A program made the translations under genes and the position numbers. The notes beneath the pieces are model-generated. The model was not told where the DNA came from. It saw only the letters and a program-made list of their open reading frames with translations, and did no database searches. Of a stretch of 64,000 nt of DNA, positions 26,401 through 42,874 are shown one piece after another (position 1 is the stretch's first letter; each line of letters starts with the position of its first letter). This DNA is from Eledone cirrhosa (lineage: Eukaryota), in NCBI GenBank assembly GCA_964016885.1, contig OZ024740.1, positions 164,920,001 through 164,984,000 on the forward strand, given 5' to 3'.

Positions 26401-26496
26401 GACCCCGACGGCTGAGCTCCGGCTATTTCGACAGCTAGATCCGGACTAACTGTCTGATCTAGCTGTCGAGACGGCCGGAGCTCAGCCGTCGGGGTC
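26401..26496. repeat. GC-rich long hairpin
   Basis: GACCCCGACGGCTGAGCTCCGGC pairs with GCCGGAGCTCAGCCGTCGGGGTC, and TCGACAGCTAGATC pairs with GATCTAGCTGTCGA. Confidence 0.9.
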
Positions 26497-26593
26497 CTGA
26501 ATCTTTTCATATAACCCACTATACTACCCTAAGTATCGAGTACTCTGATGCGTTATGGTCCACCTGGATTCTTACTACACTTTCTTTGTTATA

Positions 26594-27355
26594 TCTAAAT
26601 ATATAAATTTGTAGTTCCTGTCTGTTTGTTTGTTTGTTCACGAACTCCTCCTATGGTTTGGGAATTAGACCCCCATATATTCTGAAATTACATTGCCCAG
26701 GATACTTGGATAAGTATATTTCATTTTAATAATAGGGTTCCCCAGGGTCACAAACCCCTGCTGAAAATATTTTCCCTTCGATTTATATGAAATTTAAACC
26801 ATGGGTAAATGACAAGTTACGATGCCTATTCGCAAAATTTTAGCAAATTTCAATAATATTAAGACACCCTAATGAAAGTCTTGGCCAATAAATGGAACAA
26901 GATTTCACGAACTCCTCCTATGGTGTTGGAGATAGACCCCCATAACCATATATATTCTGAAACTACATTGTCAGGGTACTTGGATAAGTATATTTTATTT
27001 TAATGAAAGGGTTCCCTGGGGCACAAACACCCGCTGTTTCACTTCGATTTATATAAAGTTTAAACCAAGATATGATGACAAGATATGATGTCTATTCACA
27101 GAAGTTTTGAATTGATATTTTGAAAAAAATTATTTACAAGAAACAAAATAAGAATAAGATTTAATAATCTAATTTTAATTTGATATATTACAAAAAATAA
27201 TGTTTTCCAATTTTTCATGCATTACATTTTACATTGAGTAATATTGAAATGCAGAGTTTTTCTTCATAAATCATATCACTGATTTAAAATCAATCATCAT
27301 TTTCTTACAAGAAAAAAATGTGTGAAACGCAGCAAGGCGCGGGTAATTTGGCTAA
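26594..27355 (+). mobile_element. Non-autonomous Helitron
   Basis: Starts A|TCTAAATATATAAA with a (GTTT)n tract. Ends with a subterminal CGCAGCAAGGCGCGGG hairpin-like motif and CTAA|T, with no TSD. Internal duplication ~26638-26850 / ~26905-27100. Confidence 0.7.
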
Positions 27356-27762
27356 TATATATATATATTAACTCATATATTTATGCGTTCAAAGAGAGGG
27401 AGAGAGAAGGCGGGAGAGAGATATTTAGCTATTTAAATTTAGAATTACATACTAACTGTATTATTGGACACGTATTTTTAATTGAAAATATACATGGCTT
27501 CAGGACCAGGGAAGACTACAGCAAACGGTTTTAATTGAAATTTTTTTAAAGATTGGAAGATAATCATATTTTTAATGAAAAACTCTGGAATATATATTTA
27601 TGTTTCATCTAACAGTTGATAAATTCCTTCCAGTTACAATTCTGCTACATGTTGATCATCTAAATATTGATGTTTCCATCTTGTAAATTTATTTAACCTA
27701 ACATCTTATGCATTGAGGAATGTTGATGGAAATTGCCATATTGCTGATATATATTTTGAATA

Positions 27763-27800
<38 letters not shown>

Positions 27801-27829
27801 GAATATAAATATAAATATATATATATATA

Positions 27830-28230
27830 AACGGAAAAAATGAAACGAAATTTCATTTCCCACTCTTAGTACGGCTGTTACTTAAATATAAGTATGTACA
27901 CGTACATACATATATGTATACAGACGTACAGTAGTATGTATACACACATGTACATATATATATATATATGTACGTATGGATTCACCGAACATTTATTATA
28001 ATGCTCGGTCTGTTTGTAAACAAACAGCCCGTATTAAACCGTAGTGTCTAGCAATCATCGTTGCTCGTTTGTTCAACACTGACAAAGGAACGCTGTACTA
28101 GTTTCAAGCTTATTAGCTATCGTCAGCAATGTATATACGTACATATATATATGTGTGTATGTATGTATATATATATACATACTACTGTACGTCTGTATAC
28201 ATATATGTATGTACGTGTACATACTTATAT
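27830..28230. mobile_element. Family C element (copy 2)
   Basis: Same ACGGAAAAAATGAAACGAAATTTC end next to (TA)n; hammerhead 28091-28131(-); short inverted segment ~28134-28230. Confidence 0.85.
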
Positions 28231-28233
28231 ATA

Positions 28234-28333
<100 letters not shown>

Positions 28334-28464
28334 AATATATATTTATAAATTATTCATTTCTAGGAAAATATATTCGTGGTAACATCACTGAGATTGTTTA
28401 ATATTTTTTCCGGACGTAAATCTATGAATTACAAGCCAAAAATACGTGACGCATACCACCACAT

Positions 28465-28564
<100 letters not shown>

Positions 28565-29358
28565 GCTCTCTCTCTCTATATATATATATATGTATTTCCT
28601 TTCTTTTGCACTTGCCTCACAACGTATCTTATTTGTTTGTACAATCATATATTTAGTCACTTCTTTTTGTTTTATGAAATATATAGTTTTGTAAATTCTA
28701 ATTAATGAATTACTGTTTCCCTCATAATGGCGAAGCACCTTGATAATTTTTACTAACATCTAACACCAAATCTATACATTTCAAACGGCTAACACATGAT
28801 ACAAACTTCCATTTGTTACATGCAAGGGGAATTCAGGGCGTTCCCTTATTATTGAAGTGGGTGAACATGTGGATTCGCTTAGTTTGACAGTCAACCTGTG
28901 CTAGGTTGGTAATTGAATGTTTTTTAAACATTATCTTCTGTTGTTATAATATCAAGCGATCTGGGAATCGTGGCAGATATGTAAGAGTAAGCTGGCATTC
29001 CGTTATTCTCATTTACAGTGATATAGATCGCAGAAGAGCAATAGTGTTGCTTGGTATTGGAACATAGAGAGAGACGATCACTTTTTCTCACTAATGGTCA
29101 TTTCAACTTTTTTTTCAGAGATCAAAACATATTGTCCTATTCTCCAATCTGACCTTAACAAAGACGGTAGGGTGTAGTTTCAGGGGAAATTTCTACCATG
29201 GCGATAGAGGAAGCAAATAGGATCTTTATTGCATTGTATGCATAGCAGAAAATGCTATACATACAATTCAATATTTTTTCAAATATATATCTTCAATGAA
29301 CTGTATTTTTTACTTCACTGATTTTCTATTTACTTTCTCATATGAGTGTGTGTGCCTT

Positions 29359-29497
<139 letters not shown>

Positions 29498-29874
29498 ATC
29501 TGTAGACATAACATTGATAAGTTCTGGTCATGTATAACTTAATAGTACCACCGACTGAAATCTTTTAAATCATGCTTCATATTTCTGTAATGCTTTACAC
29601 AGCCTTTTTCATCCGATTAAAAAGTTGTTCTTAGCCGAAACACAACCGTGTGTAAGTAGCTTATCTGGAATTTGTCGAGGAATCATTTGAATGTTGTGGG
29701 ATCTATTTCATTCTTGTGTGTTTCGGCTTGATATTAAGCAAGATTAGAACCAGGTGAGCTGACATAATTATGCCTAATATTGTTATTTGAAGCAAGCTCT
29801 AATTTTGAAAACTGGAATCAAGCCTTCTTTGAGATACTATAAAGATAGCGCATGCAAACATTAATAATGGTTTC

Positions 29875-30030
29875 TTATTTAGGCACAAAGCCAACAATTT
29901 AAAAAGAAGAGGAAAGTCCCAATAAATTGTCTGCAGTGTGTTATTGGTACTTTATTTAATCGATCCCATAAGGATGAAAGGCGAATCTGACCTAAACGTG
30001 ATTTAAACGCAAAACGTAAAGGGTCATGTT
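29875..30030 (-). mobile_element. Diverged SINE copy
   Basis: The reverse complement contains GCCTTTCATCCTTATGGGATCGATTAAATAAAGTACCAATAA and TTGTGCCTAAA. Confidence 0.65.
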
Positions 30031-30296
30031 GTTTGACGCTCTACCGTCAATGGTAATTCGCCGCATCGATGCAACCATTTATAATACAAGGATACATGCA
30101 TACATGAAAACATACATAGATGTGTATGCCTATACACACATACGCACACACACACACGCACACACGCACACACACACACAGACACATATATATATATGTA
30201 TATCTCCTTATGGTATTATTAGGCTCGGAATTTTTTTTCCTTCAGCTACTTTGATTATAAGGGACTAATTTGAGTTTTTAACCCAATATATACTTT

Positions 30297-30331
<35 letters not shown>

Positions 30332-30336
30332 ATATA

Positions 30337-31089
<753 letters not shown>

Positions 31090-31175
31090 GGAAAGTTATA
31101 TTTAAAATTGTTGGGTTACAACTAGTAAATATTTATAACTGATATAAAATCACTCGACAAATATTTGGAGTATAT

Positions 31176-33913
31176 TTACAATATTAAATAAATGGAAACT
31201 ATATTTATAAAACCATATTTATTTCATTATATATATTTCGGGGATATCATATTAACAATATGCTATGCCTTCCTCAGACAAAATACAATATAAACAGTTT
31301 TATAGATAAATATATTCGACATACCGTTATAACACCGACTTCCATTTGGAGAGGTTTACGCTGGCAGTGAAAACATTTTACACAGAGAGAAAGAAAGAGA
31401 GAAAGAAAGAAAGACAGAAAACGAAGAAAAGGAAGAAAAAGAAGAAATGCATGGAACAAAATAGAGAGATGGAAAGATAGATAAAGCGAAGAACTTCATG
31501 TAAAGAAACAGAAAGAGATATATATATAGAGAGAGAGGAAATAGAGATAGATACATATATATATAGAAAATTAGGTAGTGGGAGGTCATTTTGAGTAAAT
31601 GTATCAATGATACATTTATTTATTTATTTAGCTCAAGTATTAATGTAAGGGAGATATATAGAGATATATATATAGAGAAAAAAAATATAGAGAGAGGAAA
31701 AAATAGCGAGAGAAAAATTTAAAAAATTTAAAAATAGCCAGATATATTCGAGGCGTAAAAACCCTATGTTTTAATGTATTAGTATTTATAAAACTTAGAC
31801 TATAATGTAAATATCAGTATTCCTGAATGAGACAAGTACCCAAAGTGTGTGAAAATTAATTATCTTATGTTTAGTTTTAAAAAATTCATATGTTTATGTG
31901 ACAGCTACAAACATCAATGCGAATCCACATGATTCACCCTGCAAACTCTAAGTTCACGGAAAACATTCTCAATGTGGTATAAAAATTTGAGCATACATAT
32001 ATGTGTATTAATTATTATTCCTGTCTTTACTCTACAAGATTATCTATCAAGCAGAAATAGAGAGCAGATTTCAATATACCAATAAAAATATATATCAGAA
32101 ACAAAACTAAAAAACTAAAAAAATAAAAAAGATAACAATAATAATAATAAGTAAAAATAAGTAATAAATAATAATAAAATAGAAAACTAAAAAAATATTA
32201 CGAAAGAATATTACATAATAAAAATATTACATATTAAAAATATTACGTATTAAAAAATATTACGTATTAAAAATTTACATATTAAAGATATTAAAAAATA
32301 AAAATAAAAAATAAAAAATATTATAAAATACTACAATAATAAAAAATAAAAATAAAAATAAACCACAAAGATCAACCCTTCAAAATTAATTGACAATATA
32401 TTGCCAAGTTCATTACAAGACAAAGCCAAAAATTATCTATCAAATCACATCTAGCAAAGATCCTTTCAAAAAGTCTATGGTGTCCAAATTGGTCTACATA
32501 TGTTCTTATATTTAATATAGAAGTTTATCTAGTGTAAGGTTTATTCAAAAAATTTGGAGCATCAGCTTTTAGGGTAGCTTAATTTTCCATGAGGAATGTT
32601 TAAATAAAAATAAAATAAAAATAAACAATTAAAAAAGAATAAAAAGAAGGAATCAAAAATTTAGGAATCAAAAATTTATCGGCTAGTTTCCCATATAAAT
32701 ATAAATCAAACTAAATATACTACATTTTAAATTTAAATTTATATTTAAACGTTGAGTTTAATCTATGTTTGCAACAACTGAATAAATTTGTCCGTAGGTT
32801 AAGGGAATTTTTAGATTTTAGTATAAAGAATATCTCCTCTGCGCAGAGTATTATTCTTTCGTAATATTCTTTCGTAATATTTTTTTTCTAATATTCTTTC
32901 GTAATATTTTTTTAGTTTTCTATTTTATTATTATTTATTACTTATTTTTACTTATTATTATTATTGTTATCTTTTTTATTTTTTTATTTTTTTATTTTTT
33001 TAGTTTTGTTTCTGATATATATTTTTATTGGTATATTGAAATCTGCTCTCTATTTCTGCTTGATAGATAATCTTGTAGAGTAAAGACAGGAATAATAATT
33101 AATACACATATATGTATGCTCAAATTTTTATACCACATTGAGAATGTTTTCCGTGAACTTAGAGTTTGCAGGGTGAATCATGTGGATTCGCATTGATGTT
33201 TGTAGCTGTCACATAAACATATGAATTTTTTAAAACTAAACATAAGATAATTAATTTTCACACACTTTGGGTACTTGTCTCATTCAGGAATACTGATATT
33301 TACATTATAGTCTAAGTTTTATAAATACTAATACATTAAAACATAGGGTTTTTACGCCTCGAATATATCTGGCTATTTTTAAATTTTTTAAATTTTTCTC
33401 TCGCTTTTTTTTCCTCTCTCTATATTTTTTTTTCTCTATATATATATCTCTATATATCTCCCTTACATTAATACTTGAGCTAAATAAATAAATAAATGTA
33501 TCATTGATACATTTACTCAAAATGACCTCCCACTACCTAATTTTCTATATATATATGTATCTATCTCTATTTCCTCTCTCTCTATATATATATCTCTTTC
33601 TGTTTCTTTACATGAAGTTCTTCGCTTTATCTATCTTTCCATCTCTCTATTTTGTTCCATGCATTTCTTCTTTTTCTTCCTTTTCTTCGTTTTCTGTCTT
33701 TCTTTCTTTCTCTCTTTCTTTCTCTCTGTGTAAAATTTTTTCCTCTCCAAATGGAAGTCGGTGTTATAACGGTATGTCGAATATATTTATCTATAAAACT
33801 GTTTATATTGTATTTTGTCTGAGGAAGGCATAGCATATTGTTAATATGATATCCCCGAAATATATATAATGAAATAAATATGGTTTTATAAATATAGTTT
33901 CCATTTATTTAAT

Positions 33914-33920
<7 letters not shown>
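31176..33920. repeat. Large inverted repeat with ~1-kb arms carrying hammerhead-like motifs
   Basis: Arms ~31176-32213 and ~32890-33920 are nearly identical, giving mirrored ORFs 31356-31607(-) and 33504-33833(+). Hammerhead-like CUGAGGA...GAAA at 33811-33876(+) and 31221-31286(-). Confidence 0.9.
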
Positions 33921-33958
<38 letters not shown>

Positions 33959-34263
33959 AAAATATATTGAGTTAAAACTCAAATTAGTTATAATCAAAGT
34001 AGCTCAAGGAAAAGATTTTCCGACCATAATAATACCATAAGAAGATACGAACATACATATATACTTATATGCTTTCAAATCACAGGGGACAAAAAACCGC
34101 CGTGGTGAAGCGAATACTGTCTAAATACTGTCCCTTGTGATTTGAACGCATATATATATATATATATATTTATCTGTGTTCGTCTCTCTTTATGCTATTA
34201 TATATATCTATATATATATATAGATATATATAATAGCATAAAGAGAAACGATGTTTGCTCTAA

Positions 34264-35278
<1,015 letters not shown>

Positions 35279-35279
35279 T

Positions 35280-35391
<112 letters not shown>

Positions 35392-36658
35392 ATATATATA
35401 TATATGGTTGGGTTTAGGTATATGTGTCTGTGTATGCATGTGTGTATGTATACGTTTGATATTCATGTCACTTGTAAGGACTAATCGGAAAACTATTACA
35501 GTCATCTGCATTCGGCCGACTACATTTCAAATTTAAATATTCCCAATGATCCCTAACTCAAATGGTTATTCAAACTACCAGATACAAGCTTAAAATATTC
35601 TAAAAGACTGTGAAAAATAGCCCAGGGCTCTCTAGTGTAAGTGCTAAACTTGCACGGCTTAGAAGAGATGCTTGGTTTGATTTCTCATAAATTCTACTTT
35701 TCAAGACTACTTTACCCGATCTTTTATACTTTTATTGCGACAACAATACTTCAAATTTCTATTTTTCCCACGCTTCGCATATTAACCTGATATCGAATTG
35801 AGGAATATGGAAAAAAACAAGAGATGTGCACGTCGGAGTAATATCGGTTGAGATAAGTTCTAGTAAACTCTACCGACAACAATATCATTATGACTAGCAT
35901 AAAGTAATAAAGATATGGCCAATATAACAAAAATAAACACTAATTTGTTACCAATATAACCGCAGCAACAACGAAAATAGTACAAATATTATTACTGTAG
36001 TAATAGCAGCAAACTTATGATTAATAATATCAACATCATATAAGAGAAACTAGAGGTGGTCTAGACATAAAGCAATGTGGGCCTGCACGAGTATGTCGCT
36101 GGTCTGGAAAGAGAAATGAATAACATCTAAAACATGGTACGAGAAAGTTAAAACAGCCGCTATAAAAATATTGAAAAAAAAGACACGCATTAGGTGAGCA
36201 ATTTGTTAGTCAGGGACGCCTGGTTTTAAAATCATGTCAACTTCTCACAGAGTATCTCAAGCCAAAAACATATTACAGTTTATTACCAAGCAAAAATATA
36301 TGGTTGGAGATTGTTCTATAAATCATTGGATATTCATGGGAATCCAACACGTGCATCAATTAATGACAAGAAATTAATTAAAGTTCATTCTTGTGGCGAA
36401 GATAATTCGTATCAATAATGAAAAGCAAGTTAAGTAAATGACTGAAAGGTAAATAGTCAATGATAAAATAGCAAAGAATGTTTCAAACTCATCAAGTTTA
36501 ATTTTAAATTTAAATTAGGCCTTCGGGAAAGATAGAGAAATAAATGGTGGTTTGAAATAAGTAGGCTATTATTGTTTTGTGCTTATAGATTTAAATGTAT
36601 TTTCTCTGGATATACTTGCAACACTTTTCAAATACCTACTCCTGAAAATATATCGCCT

Positions 36659-36716
<58 letters not shown>

Positions 36717-36720
<4 letters not shown>

Positions 36721-38194
36721 CGTTTCTGAATTTGTTTAGCAAGATTCTTTATCTGAAAACGTGTGTTGAAACCGATATTGTTATACTTTCGGAGGGTCAT
36801 TTTGCCAATAAGAAACACACGCACCAGTGTTTCTCTTCAATTTATTATAATAAATTTATAAATTTAGGATTTTATAAATTTCCGGTTGGTTGGTTGGTTT
36901 CACAACCAGATGGTTGTTTATATATTGTCAAAGTTCTTTCGTCACACATTATGTGACCTCTTCAGTGACTGGGGATTCTTTTCTTTGTTTTTTGTGCCTC
37001 TCCTTTGTTCTGTCCTATGCCATCTTGTTTTTGTGTGTGTGTTGTGTGCTTAGTTTGCGCATGTGTTACATCCGGGTGTCTGTGTGTGTCTATATTCGTT
37101 TATTTATGTGTTTATTTACATGTTACTGGTTGGTTGTTCTATGTGCATGTGTGTTTTCATTTTGTCCTTAATTGTAAGTTGTGATGTTGCTGTTCCACAC
37201 ATGTTTTCTATTTAATTTTGGTTGTAATTCATTTATGTTTATTGCCTCTGTGATTTGTCTAAACATTGCGTCTTTTCTGTGTGTAGATTCTATTTTTATT
37301 TCTATGTTCTCTAATTTAACCTTATGTTCTATTTTAGCATGTTGGTAGAGTACAGATGATTCTTTACTATCTTGAAGGTCTCGCCAGTGTTCATCTATCC
37401 GTTCCCCTATACTACGAGCTGTCTCTATATTTACACTATATTTTTATCTCTACATTGTCCTTCAGTAGATCTTATGCTATATACAACATTTCTAGTTTTA
37501 CAGTTAATATGAGGGCTTAATTTACAGATTATACATTTCTTATCTATACACGGAGGTCTTTGAAAAGGGTATGTCTTGCCAATAAGTGTTTTTATGGAGG
37601 TACCTTGTCTTTCTACTATCTTAATATTGAGTTTATGTCCATCTAGGGCCCTTCTAATTTTATCTGATTTTATCTCTCTGATTGTAACCAGAGAACTGCA
37701 TACGGTGGATTAAGTGTTGTATGTGTCTCTCTAGTTCTTCGGGGTTGCACATGAGGGACACGTTTCTCATCACCCGTACCAAATCCGCAATCAGTATGTT
37801 GATTTTGGTGTGGTCCGAAACAGCTGAGTAACCAACCAGTAACATGTAAATAAACAAATAAATAAACAAATATTAACACACACAGAGATACCCGGATGTA
37901 ACACATGCGCAAACTAAGCACACAACACACACACAAAAACAAGATGGCATAGGACAGAACAAAGGAGAGGCACAAAAAATAAAGAAAAGAATCCCCAGTC
38001 ACTGAAGAGGTCACATAATGTGTGACGAAAGAACTTTGACAATATATAAACAACCATCTGGTTGTGGAACCAACCAACCAACCAACCGAAAATTTATAAA
38101 TTCCTAAATTTATAAATTTATTATAGTAAATTGAAGTGAAACAACTGGTGCGTGTGTTTCTTATTGGCAATATGACCCTCCCCAAAGTATAACA

Positions 38195-38196
<2 letters not shown>
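36717..38196 (-). mobile_element. PLE 3' portion (GIY-YIG remnant + family B pseudo-LTR) with an inverted pseudo-LTR at the 5' end
   Basis: Minus strand CIICKL...CKTRNVVYSI...ETARSIGERIDEH...SVLYQH...RQITEAINI...PKLNRK. Pseudo-LTR 36717-37190 is inverted at 37830-38196. Hammerheads at 36927-36969(-) and 37998-38040(+). Confidence 0.88.
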
Positions 38197-38255
<59 letters not shown>

Positions 38256-38997
38256 CACACATATATATTTAAGTATGGTGTATACGAACACATATATATA
38301 TATGTGCGTGTGTATGTGTGTTTATGTATGTGTGTGCGTGTGAAGACGCATGATTTACTGATTAAGGAGATGGGTTCACAATGGTATGGTTTTCAGTTAG
38401 ATTGCTGGCCCAGGTGTGTTCTTCCCTTCAGCAAAACACTGTATATAACGATGCAACCGTTCACTTAGTTCTATTAGCCTTTGGGCAGCATCAATGGTGT
38501 GTAGTAGGGTGACATATGAATGGTTGACTGATGGTTTTCCACAAACACACTTGCCCAGACTTGTGTCTAGGAGAATACCTTTCTATAATCCAGGGTCATT
38601 CGTGGTGTAAAAACGCATGGTCAGTTCTAATTTATGCAAGTGGCTCTTATTTAAATTTAGTTGAAGGGTCGTTATTAGTTGAATCCCACATCACTTAATG
38701 TATACTATGCCACAATGACTCTATTAAATTAGCACTCCCACATTTATATATATTACATTTAGATTTAACTTTGGTCATGTCGCTGTAATTTGTCTTAAGT
38801 AGAATTTAAATATAATTTGTCTTAATAGCATTTAATATTCTTATACCTTAATTGATTAGAAGCGAATTTAGTCAATACTTATTTAATTAAAAAGTGCTCT
38901 AAACCTAAACAGTTTAGTGCGTAACTAATTAGAATTTTAGACTGTTGATCCCTAAAGATGAAGGAAACAGAGAAATTCCAGCGTAAAAGTTTGACTG

Positions 38998-39099
<102 letters not shown>

Positions 39100-39609
39100 C
39101 ACCAACGCGTATATATATGTCTATGTCGGTGTGTGTGTGTTTCTCTGTGTGGTGTGTGCGTGGATGTGTGGATGTAATATAAATATATATATATATTATG
39201 TAACAAACATCACAATACAATCATTCCATTTACCAAAGGGTTCACGAAGACAGGCGACCTTAAAAGCGGTGTCCGAAGTCGTTCATAAAGAAGGAAAATT
39301 TAATATGGATGGGAGATATGAAATTAAAAACAAAAGCTATTAAAGCTAATTGAAAGCTAATTGAAAGTGAGACTGAAATGAAATAAAACAAAAATAATAA
39401 AATGACATAACCGGAAAAAATATATACACACCAATGCGGGACATAAGTTTATGGGGTAAAAATATATGCATATATATATATATGCGCAAGCATATATAGA
39501 TACACACATAGGCACACTTATATAAGTATGTTAGTCTTCATACACATACATATGACGTTCATATACATATAAATATGACGTTCATATAAAACCAAAAATA
39601 TAAAAATAT

Positions 39610-39990
39610 GAAATATATTCCAACGCTAGGAAATCGAAATGACACTGACCAAGAAACTCACTCAGATGGTGGATGGGTGCTACACGAGAATGCTGAGGAT
39701 GGCTCTGAACATAAATCAGTATACACCGAGGATAAAGAACTCAGAGCTGTACGGCAGCCTCCCAAAAGTCAACTCGAAAGTAGCACAGAGGAGACTGAGG
39801 TTAGCTGGACATGCTTACCGACACCCAGAGTTGACACTGCACACAGTGCTCCTGTAGGAGCCCCTGCATGGACACACTGGAAGAGGAAGACCGAGGTTAA
39901 CAGATGTTGATGCCCTAAGGTCTCTTGGAGACGCAGGACATGGCCGGGATAATGAGGGACAGAGAAGGGTGGAGAGAACTCGTCCATGGA
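39610..39990 (+). mobile_element. RTE-like LINE 3' fragment
   Basis: ORF 39639-39857 DGCYTRMLRMALNI...LYGSLPKV...QRRLRLAGHAYRH, continuing past a stop as EPLHGHTGRGRP. Confidence 0.75.
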
Positions 39991-40900
39991 TCTCGAGAAT
40001 TTTACCCGCCGCCCTAGATATATATATACCATACATAGTCTTTGTATTTGTTTTGCAAGATTGTTGTAGAATCGTGTGTCGAAATATATACATTTATACA
40101 CTGAAAGGGTTATATCGCGAATAAATCACACGCAACAGTTGAGTTTCACTTTCGTTTTATTATTAGGCAGGTAGCTAATCCATTCCTCGTTAGTTTAGTA
40201 ACCGGATGGTTATTTAATTACTGTGACCCTCTCAATAGATATTCTTGGTTCATTGTGTATCCTCTTCATTTTGATTTTGTTTTAGTAACCTCACCTTGTT
40301 TTTTGTGTAACGTCTGATGTTCCGACAAAGGACGCAACTCTTAAAATTATTTACTGTCAGATGTTAGCTGAAGCACAACTTTTTTTGTTTTTAAGGTATA
40401 TTCCCTTACACAGTTCAATGCAGCTCCTTTGTTTAATCACCTTATTAATAGATTGGGTAAACGTCGAATTTTGGTAACTTTTGTCCACCACGTTTCTTTT
40501 TATATTGGTTCATTGGAATTTTTCATGTATACAGGCCTCTAATTTTCTGAGAGTGTGCTCTCATCCTTTGCCGGGATGTAATATCTCTTTGACCAACATG
40601 GTGTTCTTAGTAATTTAAAGTGAAATTCGAGGCCTTCTAATAGGTAGCTGCTTACTTCTAAGTTTGGAGCTTGCATCTTAGTGTTCGTCTCTCTTTTCTT
40701 AGAGATTTTGCTTGTTCTTAATGATAGGATATTCTCCAGGATGTTCCTCATATTGTGTACCTTAATAGTATCAATAATTTCAGTTGGAAACCTCAATAGA
40801 TTTCTGAGGTCTTCAAGTTGACGGATAAAATATATGACATCACCATTTTTCATTTTCTAATCCTGCTGAATGCTGCTTCTAGTTATTGTAACACGCACGC

Positions 40901-40970
<70 letters not shown>

Positions 40971-41417
40971 GTATATATATATATATATACGAATGTATGT
41001 ATGTATGTATGTATACACGTGTGTGTGTGTGTGAGTGAGAGAGTGAGAGAGAGAGAGAGTGTGTGTGTGTCTGTGTGTGCAGAGAAAGAAAGGGAAAGAT
41101 GGGAATGCTGTGGATGAGGGAGATTATGATATGGCAAGGGAACGAGATACCAAAGTATTTAGTAAGGAAGATAGAGGGCGAAAGAGCGATGTGGGATTGA
41201 GGTAAACTCGAGAGGAAATCAGATAGCGATTAATGTTTTGGAATTAATCTTACATTTCAGGGCAAAATATTTTAAAGATTCCATACTAACACAAGGCCAC
41301 GGTCTTCTAGTTTACGTGGTTTGAAATGAACTATCAAAACCAATGTAATAATTTTATAATCGACGCATACATTTTATGTACATCCGCACATCGATGAAAC
41401 CTAAATATCAATCTGCA

Positions 41418-41497
<80 letters not shown>

Positions 41498-41876
41498 TAT
41501 ATGTATGTATATACATATATATATGTATTTATATATATATATACAAACACATATATATGTATATATATATATATATATATTTGTGTGTGTGTGTGTATGT
41601 ATATATAGTTATAATAAATATATATATCCTAACACACACGCACCCCCATCATACGCGCACGCAGATATATTCGTATTTGTATGTGTGCATATATGATTGT
41701 TTCTATGTTTATAGGTGAGTATAGATACCCGAAAGTTATATAGAAAAGAAAGTTGTGAGTTTGAGGTATCCACTCAGTCCCCCAAAGACGTTAACGATGT
41801 AACGAATATGAGTCTAAATTCGAAAACGAAACCATGTTCTTAGACATCGCCCTCCCAAACCATCCCAAAGATACTC

Positions 41877-42057
<181 letters not shown>

Positions 42058-42149
42058 ATGTATGTATGCATGTATATATGATATTTCAAACGTTAAACTG
42101 ATATTTCTCTGCCATGTTCTGTGCCATTTGTTTTGTTATTTCTGTTTAC

Positions 42150-42285
<136 letters not shown>

Positions 42286-42733
42286 ATGGAGAGTGGGAGA
42301 GAGAGAGAGAAAGCGAGACTCTTGCGTAAAATTTGCACAGACTGTAAGATGTAGACATCCTTGTCAAATAAATCAGCCTTAAAGCGTCTTCTAATTAATT
42401 AAATCCATATTTATGTATACTTAATATGTAAATAAAAATGCCGTCTAAATAGTATGCCTCTTAACATTCTATATGTTAATGCCAGGGATTTCATATCATG
42501 TTGAATTTTATTTTAGTTCTGAAATTCCTAAGTATAGAATAAAGATTAGCCTTCATTGTAATCGCATTAGATTCCTCTGATAATTATCCTTGTAGCATTT
42601 CAAAGAATCTTCATTAAACCTTATGAATTTACTCCTGTCCAATACAATTTCAAATAAATATTCGCTTATTTGCTTACAACATATATATCATGTGGAGAAA
42701 GTGCCCATGAGAATTTTCTACATATTTTTGTAT

Positions 42734-42767
<34 letters not shown>

Positions 42768-42805
42768 ATATATAAGATCAAAAGATGGTTAAAAGAGTTC
42801 CATGT

Positions 42806-42874
42806 ATTTTATTATGCGCATTTCAAAAACAAATATCATCATGCGATGACATTTGCGTTTTCGTCAGATAAAAT
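42806..42874 (-). ncRNA. Type I hammerhead ribozyme motif
   Basis: Stem I AUUUUAU/AUAAAAU, CUGACGA, long stem II AAACGCAAAUGUCAUC/GAUGAUAUUUGUUUUU, GAAA, palindromic stem III AUGCGCAU, AUA site. Confidence 0.8.

Noticed and set aside
32191-32345. Short tandem AAAAATATTAC(A/G)TATT repeats as a CRISPR-like array
   Set aside because: A degenerate minisatellite with no unique spacers, in a eukaryotic context with no cas genes.
38340-38620. Possible CORE/V-type SINE remnant
   Set aside because: Only a short degenerate match (CTTCAGCAAAACACT), with no clear boxes or boundaries.
40314-40345. CTGATGTTCC...GGACGCAACTCTTA hammerhead-like string
   Set aside because: Too many core and stem mismatches to call; at most a decayed remnant.
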